Position numbers and translations under genes: made by a program
Assembly (NCBI GenBank): GCA_964553925.1
Contig: CAZKNR010000182.1
Span: 18,132 to 82,131 of the forward strand
Direction of reading: 5' to 3'
Length of the DNA: 64,000 nucleotides
Origin: an uncultured Acidobacteriota bacterium
GTDB taxonomy: Bacteria > Acidobacteriota > Vicinamibacteria > Marinacidobacterales > SMYC01
Part shown: positions 21,174-30,272 of the stretch, one piece after another
Layout: the number at the start of each line of letters is the position of its first letter
Numbering within the stretch: position 1 is the stretch's first letter
Notes under the pieces: model-generated
What the model was told of the DNA's origin: nothing
The model's database searches: none
The model's input: only the letters and a program-made list of their open reading frames with translations

Positions 21174-22187
21174 ATGGCCCATCGCATCACGCTCATTCCC
21201 GGAGACGGGATCGGTCCGGAGATCACCGAGGCCGCCATTCGCGTACTGGAGAAAACCGGCGTCGCTTTCGAGTGGGAGCCACACGAGGCCGGGATCCGCT
21301 CCTATGAGAAAACGGGTAACCCGCTGCCGCCGGCGTTGCTCGAGTCCATCCGCAAGAACAAGGTGGCGTTCAAGGGCCCGCTCACGACACTGGTCGGAGA
21401 AGGATTCGCGAGCGCCAACGTCACCCTTCGTAAAGAGCTCGATCTCTACACCAACTTGCGGCCGGTCCGGAGCATCGAGGGCGTGAAGTCGCGTTACGAG
21501 GACATCAACCTCGTCATCGTGCGCGAGAACACCGAAGACCTGTACTCGGGAATCGAGCACATGATCATGCCCGGCGTCACCCAGGGGCTGAAGGTCATCA
21601 CCTCTTACGCCTCGATCCGCATCGCGCGGTTCGCTTTCGACTACGCCAAAAAGCGCGGCCGCAAGAAAGTCACCGCGGGCCACAAGGCGAACATCATGAA
21701 GCTCACCGACGGCCTGTTTCTCGACAGCGCCCGTCAGGTCGCGGCGGAATATCCGGATATCCAGTTCGATCACAAGATCGTCGACAACCTCGCGATGCAG
21801 CTGGTCTTGAACCCCAACCAGTTCGACGTGCTGCTGCTCTCGAACCTCTATGGGGACATCGTATCGGACCTCTGCGCCGGCCTCGTCGGCGGGCTCGGCC
21901 TCGTTCCCGCCGCCAACATCGGCGAGGAGTTCGCGGTCTTCGAGGCGGTCCACGGCTCCGCTCCCGACATCACGGGAAAGGGCATCGCCAATCCCACAGC
22001 TCTTCTGTTCTCGGGAGTCCTGATGCTGCGCCATCTGGGAGAGAACGAGGCCGCGGACCGCGTCCTGAAGGCGGTATTCGCGGTCCTGAAGAGGGGTGAA
22101 GTCCGGACCCCCGACCTCGGCGGAAAGGCGTCGACGAAGGAGTACACGGACGCCCTCGTGCGCGAGCTCGAGGCGTCAACGAGCTGA
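21174..22187 (+). CDS. Isocitrate/isopropylmalate dehydrogenase-family enzyme, likely an NAD-dependent isocitrate dehydrogenase (337 aa).
   Basis: An IDH/IMDH family signature (NLRPVR ... NLYGDI.SD) is present. The length fits NAD-IDH. Confidence 0.8.
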   Translation: MAHRITLIPGDGIGPEITEAAIRVLEKTGVAFEWEPHEAGIRSYEKTGNPLPPALLESIRKNKVAFKGPLTTLVGEGFASANVTLRKELDLYTNLRPVRSIEGVKSRYEDINLVIVRENTEDLYSGIEHMIMPGVTQGLKVITSYASIRIARFAFDYAKKRGRKKVTAGHKANIMKLTDGLFLDSARQVAAEYPDIQFDHKIVDNLAMQLVLNPNQFDVLLLSNLYGDIVSDLCAGLVGGLGLVPAANIGEEFAVFEAVHGSAPDITGKGIANPTALLFSGVLMLRHLGENEAADRVLKAVFAVLKRGEVRTPDLGGKASTKEYTDALVRELEASTS

Positions 22188-22256
22188 GTGCCACACAGGA
22201 CCCTTGCGTTTTCGGGTTTTGGGCGCGATCCTGAATGGAAACAAGGATAACCCTCG

Positions 22257-23195
22257 ATGGCCCGTACCCTTCGCTGTCCCCAGTGTGGCTTGATGCAGCT
22301 CTCTCAAGAGAGCTGCAAGAAGTGCGGCGCGGCCTTGGCCGCGCACTCGATTCCGGCCGTCTCGGCGCGCAGACCGGCGCCCGCGGCCGCTGTCGAGGAG
22401 GACTCGCCCTATCAGCCGCCGGCCACGGCACGCGCAGTCTCCCGTCGAGCGGCTCCGGTCGGATCGCAGGACTCGGTCTTCGACCGCGATCGATTCCTCA
22501 TGCGCCAGCGCGTCTTTACCATTCACGAGAAGTACGAGATCTGGGACGAGGAGGGACGTCCGATCCTCTTCGTCGAGCGGCCCGGTCACTACTTGAGGAA
22601 TCTAGCCGCTCTCTTCGGGGGACTCTTCGCCGGTGCTCTCGCAGCCGCGCCCTTCTTCTGGCTGAGCGATCGGCTGCAGACGGAAACGCCCATCGCCCTC
22701 GGTATCGTCGCCGGCCTCGTGGCGCTCGTCGTCGTCATCGGGCTCCTTTCGCAGAAAAGGCACGTCCACTTTTACCGGGACGACTCGAAACAGGAGCTTC
22801 TTCTCGAGGTGCTGCAGGACCAGAAGCTCGCTTTCCTGACTCACACGTTCACGGTGAACGACCCCGGAGGCACGACTCTCGCGCGACTTTCGAAGAACCT
22901 CCTGACCGATATCTTTCGCAAGAAGTGGAGCGTTTCGTCGCCCGACGGCCGCCCCCTGTGGGAAGCGAAGGAAGACTCGGTGCTCATGGCGCTGGTGCGG
23001 CGTTTTCTCACTAAACTCGTTCCCCTATGCTTCATCTTCTGCCTCCCCGGCGGCCAGGTCGTCGGCGAGTTCAACCGAAAGTTCACCCTCCTCGACCGCT
23101 ACGTCCTCGACCTGTCGGGGGACTCCGAGCGCGCTCTCGATAGGCGAGTGGCGCTCGCGATGGGAGTCATGCTCGACACCGGAGAGCGCCGCTAA
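22257..23195 (+). CDS. Hypothetical protein with an N-terminal zinc ribbon, one transmembrane segment, and a LURP-one-related/tubby-like C-terminal domain.
   Basis: The N-terminus carries CPQCG...CKKCG. A hydrophobic helix lies in the middle. The C-terminus is scramblase/LOR-like. Confidence 0.5.
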   Translation: MARTLRCPQCGLMQLSQESCKKCGAALAAHSIPAVSARRPAPAAAVEEDSPYQPPATARAVSRRAAPVGSQDSVFDRDRFLMRQRVFTIHEKYEIWDEEGRPILFVERPGHYLRNLAALFGGLFAGALAAAPFFWLSDRLQTETPIALGIVAGLVALVVVIGLLSQKRHVHFYRDDSKQELLLEVLQDQKLAFLTHTFTVNDPGGTTLARLSKNLLTDIFRKKWSVSSPDGRPLWEAKEDSVLMALVRRFLTKLVPLCFIFCLPGGQVVGEFNRKFTLLDRYVLDLSGDSERALDRRVALAMGVMLDTGERR

Positions 23196-23526
23196 CTTTA
23201 ACTAAGTTCGGCCGGCGAGGAGATCCGGAAGCTCGAGGAAGACTTCGAGGACCGGCTCCGCCTCTCGGTCCACTCTCGTCTCCCACCAAAGCTCGTCGTC
23301 TTTGATGAAGATCTCGAATCGAAAAAGACAGGCAGCAAGCATGCTCGCGCTCGGCGAGCGACCGGAGCTCGGTCTCGAGGCCGGGCAGAGTGCGAAAGCG
23401 AAATCGGCCCCCGCCGGGGAATCGTTCGCTCGAAAGATAGCCTCTCTCGAAAACGTCGCGGAATTCCTCGAGCCGGCGGCGGAAGTCCTCGGAGTCGAGG
23501 GTGCAGGCGATCGGCTCAGAGCTCAC
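23167..23526 (-). CDS. Questionable small ORF (119 aa, GTG start). It overlaps copy 1 of a duplicated intergenic element.
   Basis: The reading frame is open and a TATAAT-like box sits just upstream. There is no Shine-Dalgarno. The conserved part of the repeat shows mostly non-synonymous changes between copies. Confidence 0.2.
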   Translation of the reverse strand: MSSEPIACTLDSEDFRRRLEEFRDVFERGYLSSERFPGGGRFRFRTLPGLETELRSLAEREHACCLSFSIRDLHQRRRALVGDESGPRGGAGPRSLPRASGSPRRPNLVKVSGALRCRA

Positions 23527-23558
23527 CCGGTCATTATAAGCAGTATCATGCGGCTCTC

Positions 23559-23885
23559 GTGATCCTCATAAAATCCGGGGCGCTCTTCTTCGCGACGGCC
23601 CTCGCGGAGATCGTCGGCTGTTTCCTTCCGTATCTCTGGCTTCGAAAAGGGGGCTCAGCCTGGCTCCTCTTTCCGGCCGCGATCTCGCTCGCGACCTTCG
23701 CGTGGCTCTTGACGCTGCATCCGACTGCCGCCGGGCGAACTTATGCCGCTTACGGCGGAGTCTACGTCGCGACCGCCGTCTTCTGGCTCTGGCTCGTCGA
23801 AAGTCGCGTGCCGAATCGATGGGACCTGGTGGGCGCCTCCGTATGTGTCCTGGGGATGGCGATTATCGTGCTCGGCTCTCGTTGA
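23559..23885 (+). CDS. ynfA: YnfA/UPF0060 family small membrane protein (SMR-like fold).
   Basis: The product aligns with E. coli YnfA (LFFATAL.EI.GCFLP.LWL) and has four transmembrane helices. The start is GTG. Confidence 0.8.
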   Translation: MILIKSGALFFATALAEIVGCFLPYLWLRKGGSAWLLFPAAISLATFAWLLTLHPTAAGRTYAAYGGVYVATAVFWLWLVESRVPNRWDLVGASVCVLGMAIIVLGSR

Positions 23886-24048
23886 GTGTCGGGTTGATGG
23901 CTTGGGCACTCTCCCCCCGGGTGTAGTGATTCTCCTGGCTCGCGTGTAGGGAACCGCCGACGGTAGGGGTCCGTTCTCAAGTCGGCGCATAGAGTTGGCG
24001 CGAAGAGAGCCCGGCACAGGCCTTGCACTGCGATCGATTGGTTTCTCC

Positions 24049-27000
24049 ATGAGCCGATCCCGTCGCACCGCCTCAGTTCTCTTTGCCCTCACGATCTCGG
24101 CTTCCTCCGTTCGAGCCGGCTACGCGCCAGGCTGCACCGTCGCGCTCGAGATTGCCGGAGCCCACGAAGTCAACGCCGTGGCCATTCAGCCGGATGGAAA
24201 GATCGTCGTTGCGGGCTATGTGGATTTCGGCACCACCTCCGACCGGGATTTTTTTGTCGCACGCCTGCATCCGGACTTGACTCTCGACACGTCGTTCAAC
24301 GGAACGGGGTATCGCGCCAACGATCTCCAAACACGCGACGACGAGGCCTTCGCGGTAGTGGTGCAGTTCGATCAGAAGATCGTCGTGGGAGGTTACTCGC
24401 GAGATAACGGCAGCAAGATTTACTTCGCCTTCGCCCGGTACAATCGGGACGGGAGTATGGACGCGAGCTTCGGTGCCGGCGGCCTCAGGTACATCGACAT
24501 CTTCCCTTCCAATAACGACCAGCTGCGCGGCATGGCGATCCAACCCGACGGGAAGATCCTGGGCGCCGGTTTCTCGACGCCAGGAGGGACCCAACGACTC
24601 GTGGTCATGAGATTGCTGAAGAACGGGAATCTGGATAACTCGTTCGACGGCAACGGAGTGGCGCAGCCCACTATCGGCTCAAGCACCTTCTCGTTGGGTA
24701 CCGACGTCGTCGTCCAGCCGGACGGGAAGATCGTCGTCTCCGGCGAGGCGTTCTTCGGCTCGAGCGACTTCATCGCCGTACGTCTGCGTCCCGACGGAAG
24801 CCTCGACACCACGTTCAACGCCGCCGGCTGGGTCGCGACCGACATTGGTTTCAGCAACGACTCCGCTTCTTCCGTAGCGCTCCAGCCCGACGGAAAGATC
24901 GTCCTTGCGGGGACCGCGGGTATCGGGACCGCGATCGTGGACGCCGCGCTTACCCGGTACGGCCCGGGCGGAGCCATCGATGCGACGTTCGACAGCGACG
25001 GGAAGGTCGTCCATGATTTCGGAGGTTTCGTAGGTTCCGATATCGGAGACGCCCTCGTCCTCGATGCCGCCAGCAATCTCCTCGTCGCCGGATCGAGCAA
25101 TGTGGCGGGTTCGAACTTCGCCTTCGCGCGCATTCGACCGAACGGCGCGACCGACCTTACCAAAACCGACGACGTCAGCGGTATGGAGGATCGAGGCCTG
25201 GGGATCGCGGTGACGCCCGCGGGGAAGATCCTCGTCGTGGGCTCGGGTCAGGGGCCCACCAACCCGAAAACGACCCTCGCGCTCTATAACCCGGATGGCA
25301 CCCAGGATTGCGGCTCCTTCTTTCTCCATCCCACCAGCGTAGGAGCGGCGAGCTTCCTCCCCGTAGGTTGTCCTTCGAATTGGGATTGCGTGAACGATCA
25401 GACGGCAAACGCAGCGACGGGACCGCCGGCGCCATCCGACGGCTTCGCGACGTTGGTTCGCAGTGCCGCCTCTCCCGCCGAAGACCTTTACGGGCTCGCC
25501 GACGGACAGCTCCCTTCGGGGAAGGTCGTCACCGAGATCGAGGTCGTCGCCCAGCTCGCCTGGGGCAACACTGGCACGGCGCCGACGGCGGCGCTCCTTT
25601 ATCAAAGGCAGAGCTTCGATCCGGTCCCGGTAACGGGAGGCCCGCTCGCGATCTCAAATGTTGCCTTCCAGGAGGTCCGGCGGCGCTTCTCATCGCTCAA
25701 TTGGTTCGCGCCGGAGCTCGACTCTCTCGAGATCGGCCTCGGCCACGTCGGTGGAAACGAACTGCTGATGACCCAGAACTACGTCAAAGTCACCTACGGG
25801 GAGACACGGGTCCATCCCGTCGACGTCTTCACCGCGGGGTCTTCCGGTGATTCGACGAGCGGCCGGGTCATGCTCAACTGGTTGAATCCCTCCTACGGCC
25901 TCTACGATCGGACGGTGATCCGACGCGATACGACGACATGCCCCGTAACTCCGGCCGATGGCGTTCCCGCCGGGCCGCCTTTTTCCGATGGGCTCGGCAA
26001 CCCCGGAAGCTTCGTCGATACTACGGTGTCTGTTGGTTCGACGTACTTCTACACCGCGTTCGTGCTGGATTCGGCGGGCCGGGCTTCGACGGGAGTGTGC
26101 AAATCCGCCACCCCGTTCGATCGAACCACGGGCCGGGTCGAGTGGCGCTACGACACTTCGATCGCGGCGCTCACCACACCGGGTCTTCGTTTGAACGTTC
26201 CTCTCAATGAGAGCGTGGTTTACACTGTGGCCAACGACGGCCTGGTGCACGCGATCCGCGGCGGTTCTGTCGCGAGCGGCGGAGGAAGCTGGCCTCCGGG
26301 TTTTAAACCCCTTCTCATCGGAGGCCCCGCGCAAGCGCGGCCTCCCGTTATTCCTCTCCCACCTACGCCAACGCTCGCTGTGCTTCTCGGATCTCAAGAC
26401 GGCCGCGCTTACGCGGTCAACGCTCTCACCGGCGCTCTGATCTGGAAGTCGGCCATCCTGGGTACGAACGTACAGGCGGCGCCGGCGGCGGCCCTCGCGG
26501 CCTTCGGCGGCGGCGCGGACCTGGTCTTCGTGGCGACCCGCAACACCGTAGGGCCCAACCGCCTGTACGCGCTCGACCCCACGGACGGCGCCGTGGTCTG
26601 GTACTTCGACAACGGCGGCCCGGCGACGGGAATCGGAGAGATCGTCTCCGGCGCTTCCGTGGACAACGCAGGCCGGCGGGTCTTCTTCACGAGCGCTCTG
26701 GGAACGAGCTTGAAGACGACGTGGTGTCTCAACTATTTGGTGACGCCGCCCGCGATGTGCTCCGGCTGGCCTGCTTTCGGCGTGGCCCCCGGGGGAGGCG
26801 ACATCCAGGCGAGTCCGATTCTTTATCAGGGCTCGGTCTTCGTATCGGAGACCTCAGCCGGAGACCTCTACAGAGTCGACCCTGGCAGCGGTTTGGATTC
26901 GCTGGTGTTCAACCTTGCCGACGGAGGTGCGAAGGGTTTCGTGTTCCCGCAGTTCGGCACGACCAACCTCTTCGCCTCCACCTCGACCTCGACGTGGTCC

Positions 27001-27285
27001 GTGGATTACAACTTGCTCAGTTTTAACTGGAACGGCTCCTGTGTCGCGACGCCCTCCACTCCCACGGCGGTTCCCTTCACCGACTGGGTGTTCGTCGGCT
27101 CGAGCGAGGGAAAGCTCTTCCAGTTCAGCGCCAGCGGTGGAGCCGGTTGCCCAGCGCCCCCGAGTGTGTGCATCGGGAACTGCGCAACGACCATCGTCGG
27201 GGCGCCCGCGTACGACATCCTGAAGACGATGCTCTACGTGGGAACGGCTGAAGGCAAGATCTACGGCGTATGGGCGCCGTTCTAA
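24049..27285 (+). CDS. Large secreted protein with N-terminal delta-60 repeats and a C-terminal PQQ-type beta-propeller (1079 aa).
   Basis: A signal peptide (MSRSRRTASVLFALTISASSVRA) is present. QPDGKIVVAG-type repeats occur at least eight times. PQQ-like propeller blades lie in the last 450 aa. Confidence 0.75.
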   Translation: MSRSRRTASVLFALTISASSVRAGYAPGCTVALEIAGAHEVNAVAIQPDGKIVVAGYVDFGTTSDRDFFVARLHPDLTLDTSFNGTGYRANDLQTRDDEAFAVVVQFDQKIVVGGYSRDNGSKIYFAFARYNRDGSMDASFGAGGLRYIDIFPSNNDQLRGMAIQPDGKILGAGFSTPGGTQRLVVMRLLKNGNLDNSFDGNGVAQPTIGSSTFSLGTDVVVQPDGKIVVSGEAFFGSSDFIAVRLRPDGSLDTTFNAAGWVATDIGFSNDSASSVALQPDGKIVLAGTAGIGTAIVDAALTRYGPGGAIDATFDSDGKVVHDFGGFVGSDIGDALVLDAASNLLVAGSSNVAGSNFAFARIRPNGATDLTKTDDVSGMEDRGLGIAVTPAGKILVVGSGQGPTNPKTTLALYNPDGTQDCGSFFLHPTSVGAASFLPVGCPSNWDCVNDQTANAATGPPAPSDGFATLVRSAASPAEDLYGLADGQLPSGKVVTEIEVVAQLAWGNTGTAPTAALLYQRQSFDPVPVTGGPLAISNVAFQEVRRRFSSLNWFAPELDSLEIGLGHVGGNELLMTQNYVKVTYGETRVHPVDVFTAGSSGDSTSGRVMLNWLNPSYGLYDRTVIRRDTTTCPVTPADGVPAGPPFSDGLGNPGSFVDTTVSVGSTYFYTAFVLDSAGRASTGVCKSATPFDRTTGRVEWRYDTSIAALTTPGLRLNVPLNESVVYTVANDGLVHAIRGGSVASGGGSWPPGFKPLLIGGPAQARPPVIPLPPTPTLAVLLGSQDGRAYAVNALTGALIWKSAILGTNVQAAPAAALAAFGGGADLVFVATRNTVGPNRLYALDPTDGAVVWYFDNGGPATGIGEIVSGASVDNAGRRVFFTSALGTSLKTTWCLNYLVTPPAMCSGWPAFGVAPGGGDIQASPILYQGSVFVSETSAGDLYRVDPGSGLDSLVFNLADGGAKGFVFPQFGTTNLFASTSTSTWSVDYNLLSFNWNGSCVATPSTPTAVPFTDWVFVGSSEGKLFQFSASGGAGCPAPPSVCIGNCATTIVGAPAYDILKTMLYVGTAEGKIYGVWAPF

Positions 27286-27286
27286 T

Positions 27287-27766
27287 ATGAGAAACTGGCG
27301 TTGGGCTGCGATCGTTCTGGCGGTGACCGCCCTCGACGTCGCGCGCCCCGCGGAGCCGGCTCCTGCCCGCAAAAAAGCCAACCGCTGTTACGGTGTTCGC
27401 GTCGAGTCCGCGGCTTCCCCGAGCAGCGGCCGCGGTAGTGAGACGGTGTTCTCCGCGGGTGAGTCGAAAGATCTTCGTTTCGTGGTCTCGCTCCCAGAAG
27501 AGCTTGCGAGCTCGCCGGTGCACGTGAAGCTCTTCACGCCGAGGGGAAGTCTCTACCAGGTGCTCCAGGCCAAAGCCGACGCCGATTCGACGGCGAGTGC
27601 GGCGAGGAGGCGGAGCCGATTCGCTCGCTCTCTGGTTGCCGTCCTTCCGGTCGCGGGGACCCAAATCACCACCTTTGCCCTCTTCGGAGAATGGCGCGCC
27701 GAGGTCTACCTGGACGCCGCCGAGACGCTCTGCACCCGCCCGCTCGAGTTCGTGATCGAGCCCTGA
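27287..27766 (+). CDS. Hypothetical secreted protein (159 aa), probably co-transcribed with the giant repeat protein.
   Basis: Its ATG lies 1 nt after the upstream stop. A signal-peptide-like N-terminus is present. Confidence 0.5.
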   Translation: MRNWRWAAIVLAVTALDVARPAEPAPARKKANRCYGVRVESAASPSSGRGSETVFSAGESKDLRFVVSLPEELASSPVHVKLFTPRGSLYQVLQAKADADSTASAARRRSRFARSLVAVLPVAGTQITTFALFGEWRAEVYLDAAETLCTRPLEFVIEP

Positions 27767-27906
27767 CTCTCGCTACCCCGAAGCCGCTCGCAAGCGCAAA
27801 GTGAGGAGCCGGACTGCTCCCGCTCGGCGAGAGGTTGGAGCTCGGCCTCGAGGCCGGGTAGAGTGCGAAGCGAAATCGCGCCCCAGTTATCAAAAGGAGG
27901 TGGCCT

Positions 27907-28926
27907 GTGGCCGCGTTCCGATTCTATTTCACACTCTCTGTGCTCTCGATTTCCTCTCCGGCCCTCGCCCAGCCGCGGACTCATGCGCTGAAAGCGGCGC
28001 CCGACACCGTCGTCTGGGGCTACTACGACGCTTCGGTTCCACCGGTGCTCACCGTGGATTCGGGCGACATCGTCGACGTCGAGACGATGGTAACCGGCGC
28101 GCGCTTGTCTCGAGCGCTCGGAGTACCCGAGGAGTCGATACGTCCCGACATGGTCGTGATGGACGAGAAGGTGAAGCAGGAAGGACCGCACCTTCTCGTG
28201 GGGCCGATCGCGGTCCGGGGTGCCGCACCCGGCAGCGTTCTCGAGATCCGGATCCTCGAGATGGGCATCGTCGATCCGTGGGCGGTCAATCTCTTTCGGC
28301 CCGGGTCGGGAGCGCTCCCGAAGCTCTTCCCCTATCAAGGGACGAAGTTCGTGCGCCTCGATCTTGAGAGAAACGTGGCCCTGTTCGCGCCCGGAGTCGA
28401 GGTTCCTTTGCGGCCGTTCTTCGGAAGCCTCGGAGTCGCGCCGCCTCCCGTCGTTGGGAGGATCGGAAGCGGTCCGCCCGGTTACCACACGGGGAACCTC
28501 GACAACAAAGAGCTCACCGCCGGGGCCACGCTCTACGTTCCCGTGCACGTCAAGGACGCGCTTCTGTTCATCGGCGATGGACACGCCGCGCAGGGCGATG
28601 GTGAGGTCGACGGCACGGCGCTCGAAGCCTCGCTCAAGGGGAGGCTGCAGCTCGTCGTGAGGAATGACATGAAGCTCCACTGGCCTCGAGCGGAAACGGA
28701 GGAGCACTACATCACGATGGGTCTCGATCCCGATCTCGACGTGGCGGTCGAGATGGCGGTGGCGGAGATGGTGGACTACCTGGTCCGCGAGCGCGGGCTC
28801 AGCCGAGACGACGCCTATATACTCGCAAGCGCCGCCGTAGACCTGAGGGTCACGCAGGTGGTGGACGGCACCAAAGGCATCCACGCCCTTCTGCCGAAAA
28901 ACATCTTCGTGGGAGGAAATCGATGA
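27907..28926 (+). CDS. Acetamidase/formamidase family amidase (FmdA/AmdA) with a signal peptide.
   Basis: The FmdA_AmdA fold spans the protein. The start is GTG, after AAAAGGAGG. Confidence 0.8.
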   Translation: MAAFRFYFTLSVLSISSPALAQPRTHALKAAPDTVVWGYYDASVPPVLTVDSGDIVDVETMVTGARLSRALGVPEESIRPDMVVMDEKVKQEGPHLLVGPIAVRGAAPGSVLEIRILEMGIVDPWAVNLFRPGSGALPKLFPYQGTKFVRLDLERNVALFAPGVEVPLRPFFGSLGVAPPPVVGRIGSGPPGYHTGNLDNKELTAGATLYVPVHVKDALLFIGDGHAAQGDGEVDGTALEASLKGRLQLVVRNDMKLHWPRAETEEHYITMGLDPDLDVAVEMAVAEMVDYLVRERGLSRDDAYILASAAVDLRVTQVVDGTKGIHALLPKNIFVGGNR

Positions 28927-30272
28927 TCGCTCTCTGGTTGCTGCTCTCGATCGAAGTTCCCCTGGCCGAGCACGCGGAGCGCCGGGAGCGCCTGATGACC
29001 GACTTTCCCGACGGAATCGTCCTGGTCCACGCTCGATCGAGTCCCTCGTCTCTCGGTGAGCCCTCGTTCAAGCAGGACGCAAACTTTCTCTACTTCACGG
29101 GGCTTCCAAGCCAGCCGGCGGCAATCCTCGCTCTCGATGGCCCTAGAAAAGAGTCGCTCCTTTTCGTCCCTCAGGCGCCGCTCCTGTTCGGGGCCAGGGT
29201 CGAAGATGTAAGCCTCACGCCGGGCGAGGACTCAGCCCGCGCTCACGGCTTCTCCCGGGTCGAGCCCTGGGAGAGCTTCCTACCTTATATAAAGAAGCGG
29301 ATCTCCGAGGGAGTCGGGAAGCTCTATCTGGACGAGGCGAGGAGCGCGGAGTTTCCGGGCAACCCGGAGCCGATGTTGCCGGTCTCGGGCGACAAGCTCC
29401 TCTGGCGCCGGTCGGTGGAAGCGGCGTTTCCCGGGATCGAGATCGCTTCCGCGGAAGGGGAGATCCGGGCGATGCGGTGGGCGAAGTCGAAGGCGGAAGT
29501 GGAAGTTCTTCGGGAGGTGGCGAGAGCGTCGTCGTCGGCGCTCCTCGCGGGACTCCGAGCCGTGAATGTCGGCAAGAGCCAGCGGCACTCGGAGGCCGCG
29601 GTAGTAAGCGCCTGCTTCGAGGCCGGCGCCACAGCACCCTCCTTCTGGCCGTGGACGATGTCGGGCGCGAACGCGCATGCCAGACACCTCGTTCGTTCTT
29701 TCTTCGACTACGAGCATCTCAACCGCGTGATGAAGGACGGGGAGCTGGTTCGGATGGACGTGGGGTGCGCCCTCGGCTATTACGAGGGGGACGTCGGCCG
29801 CACCGTGCCCGTTTCCGGCACGTTCAACGCGGACCAGCGGGAAACGCTGGACCTCCTCGTTCGCGCCTATCGCGCAGGGCTCGGAGCCATGAAGGGGGGA
29901 GTGACGCTCGAGACCGTCATGGCGCGGGCTCGCTCCGAGGTCGAGCGCGCAGAGGGCACGCTCGTGACCGAGTACGCCCGCCGCGCGGCCGCGATCCTGG
30001 TCCGGGCGCCGCTTCGGGAAACGTGGCACATTCACGGCGTCGGGCTCGATGGAGGGGAGACGGGGACCGACACGCTGGAAGTCGGCTCGGTCGTTGCGTT
30101 CGAGCCGATGTTCGCCGTCGACGACGATGCCTACTACATGGAGGATATGATCCTCGTGACCGAGACGGGCCACGAGATCCTGACCGAGGGATTGCCCTAC
30201 AGCGCGGCGGAGATCGAATCGGTGATGAAGGGGTCCCAGCGGGTCAAGAACGGCGAGGCCGATCCAAATTGA
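28923..30272 (+). CDS. M24-family metallopeptidase (Xaa-Pro aminopeptidase-like) with a creatinase-type N-terminal domain.
   Basis: A pita-bread-fold C-terminal domain with metal ligands is present. The start overlaps the upstream stop as ATGA. Confidence 0.8.
   Translation: MIALWLLLSIEVPLAEHAERRERLMTDFPDGIVLVHARSSPSSLGEPSFKQDANFLYFTGLPSQPAAILALDGPRKESLLFVPQAPLLFGARVEDVSLTPGEDSARAHGFSRVEPWESFLPYIKKRISEGVGKLYLDEARSAEFPGNPEPMLPVSGDKLLWRRSVEAAFPGIEIASAEGEIRAMRWAKSKAEVEVLREVARASSSALLAGLRAVNVGKSQRHSEAAVVSACFEAGATAPSFWPWTMSGANAHARHLVRSFFDYEHLNRVMKDGELVRMDVGCALGYYEGDVGRTVPVSGTFNADQRETLDLLVRAYRAGLGAMKGGVTLETVMARARSEVERAEGTLVTEYARRAAAILVRAPLRETWHIHGVGLDGGETGTDTLEVGSVVAFEPMFAVDDDAYYMEDMILVTETGHEILTEGLPYSAAEIESVMKGSQRVKNGEADPN

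Noticed and set aside
23343-23411. Interpreting the duplicated element as a guanidine (ykkC-type) riboswitch, because it precedes an SMR-like ynfA gene and an amidase.
   Set aside because: I could not find the conserved ykkC / mini-ykkC / ykkC-III sequence blocks (e.g. GGGUUCCG, GGUCCGAGAG, ACGR loops) in either copy. It is kept only as an unclassified cis-element.
23886-24048. A possible tRNA or ncRNA in the spacer upstream of the giant repeat-protein gene.
   Set aside because: No T-loop (GGTTCGAATCC-like) or cloverleaf-compatible segments were recognised by eye. The GC content is ordinary.
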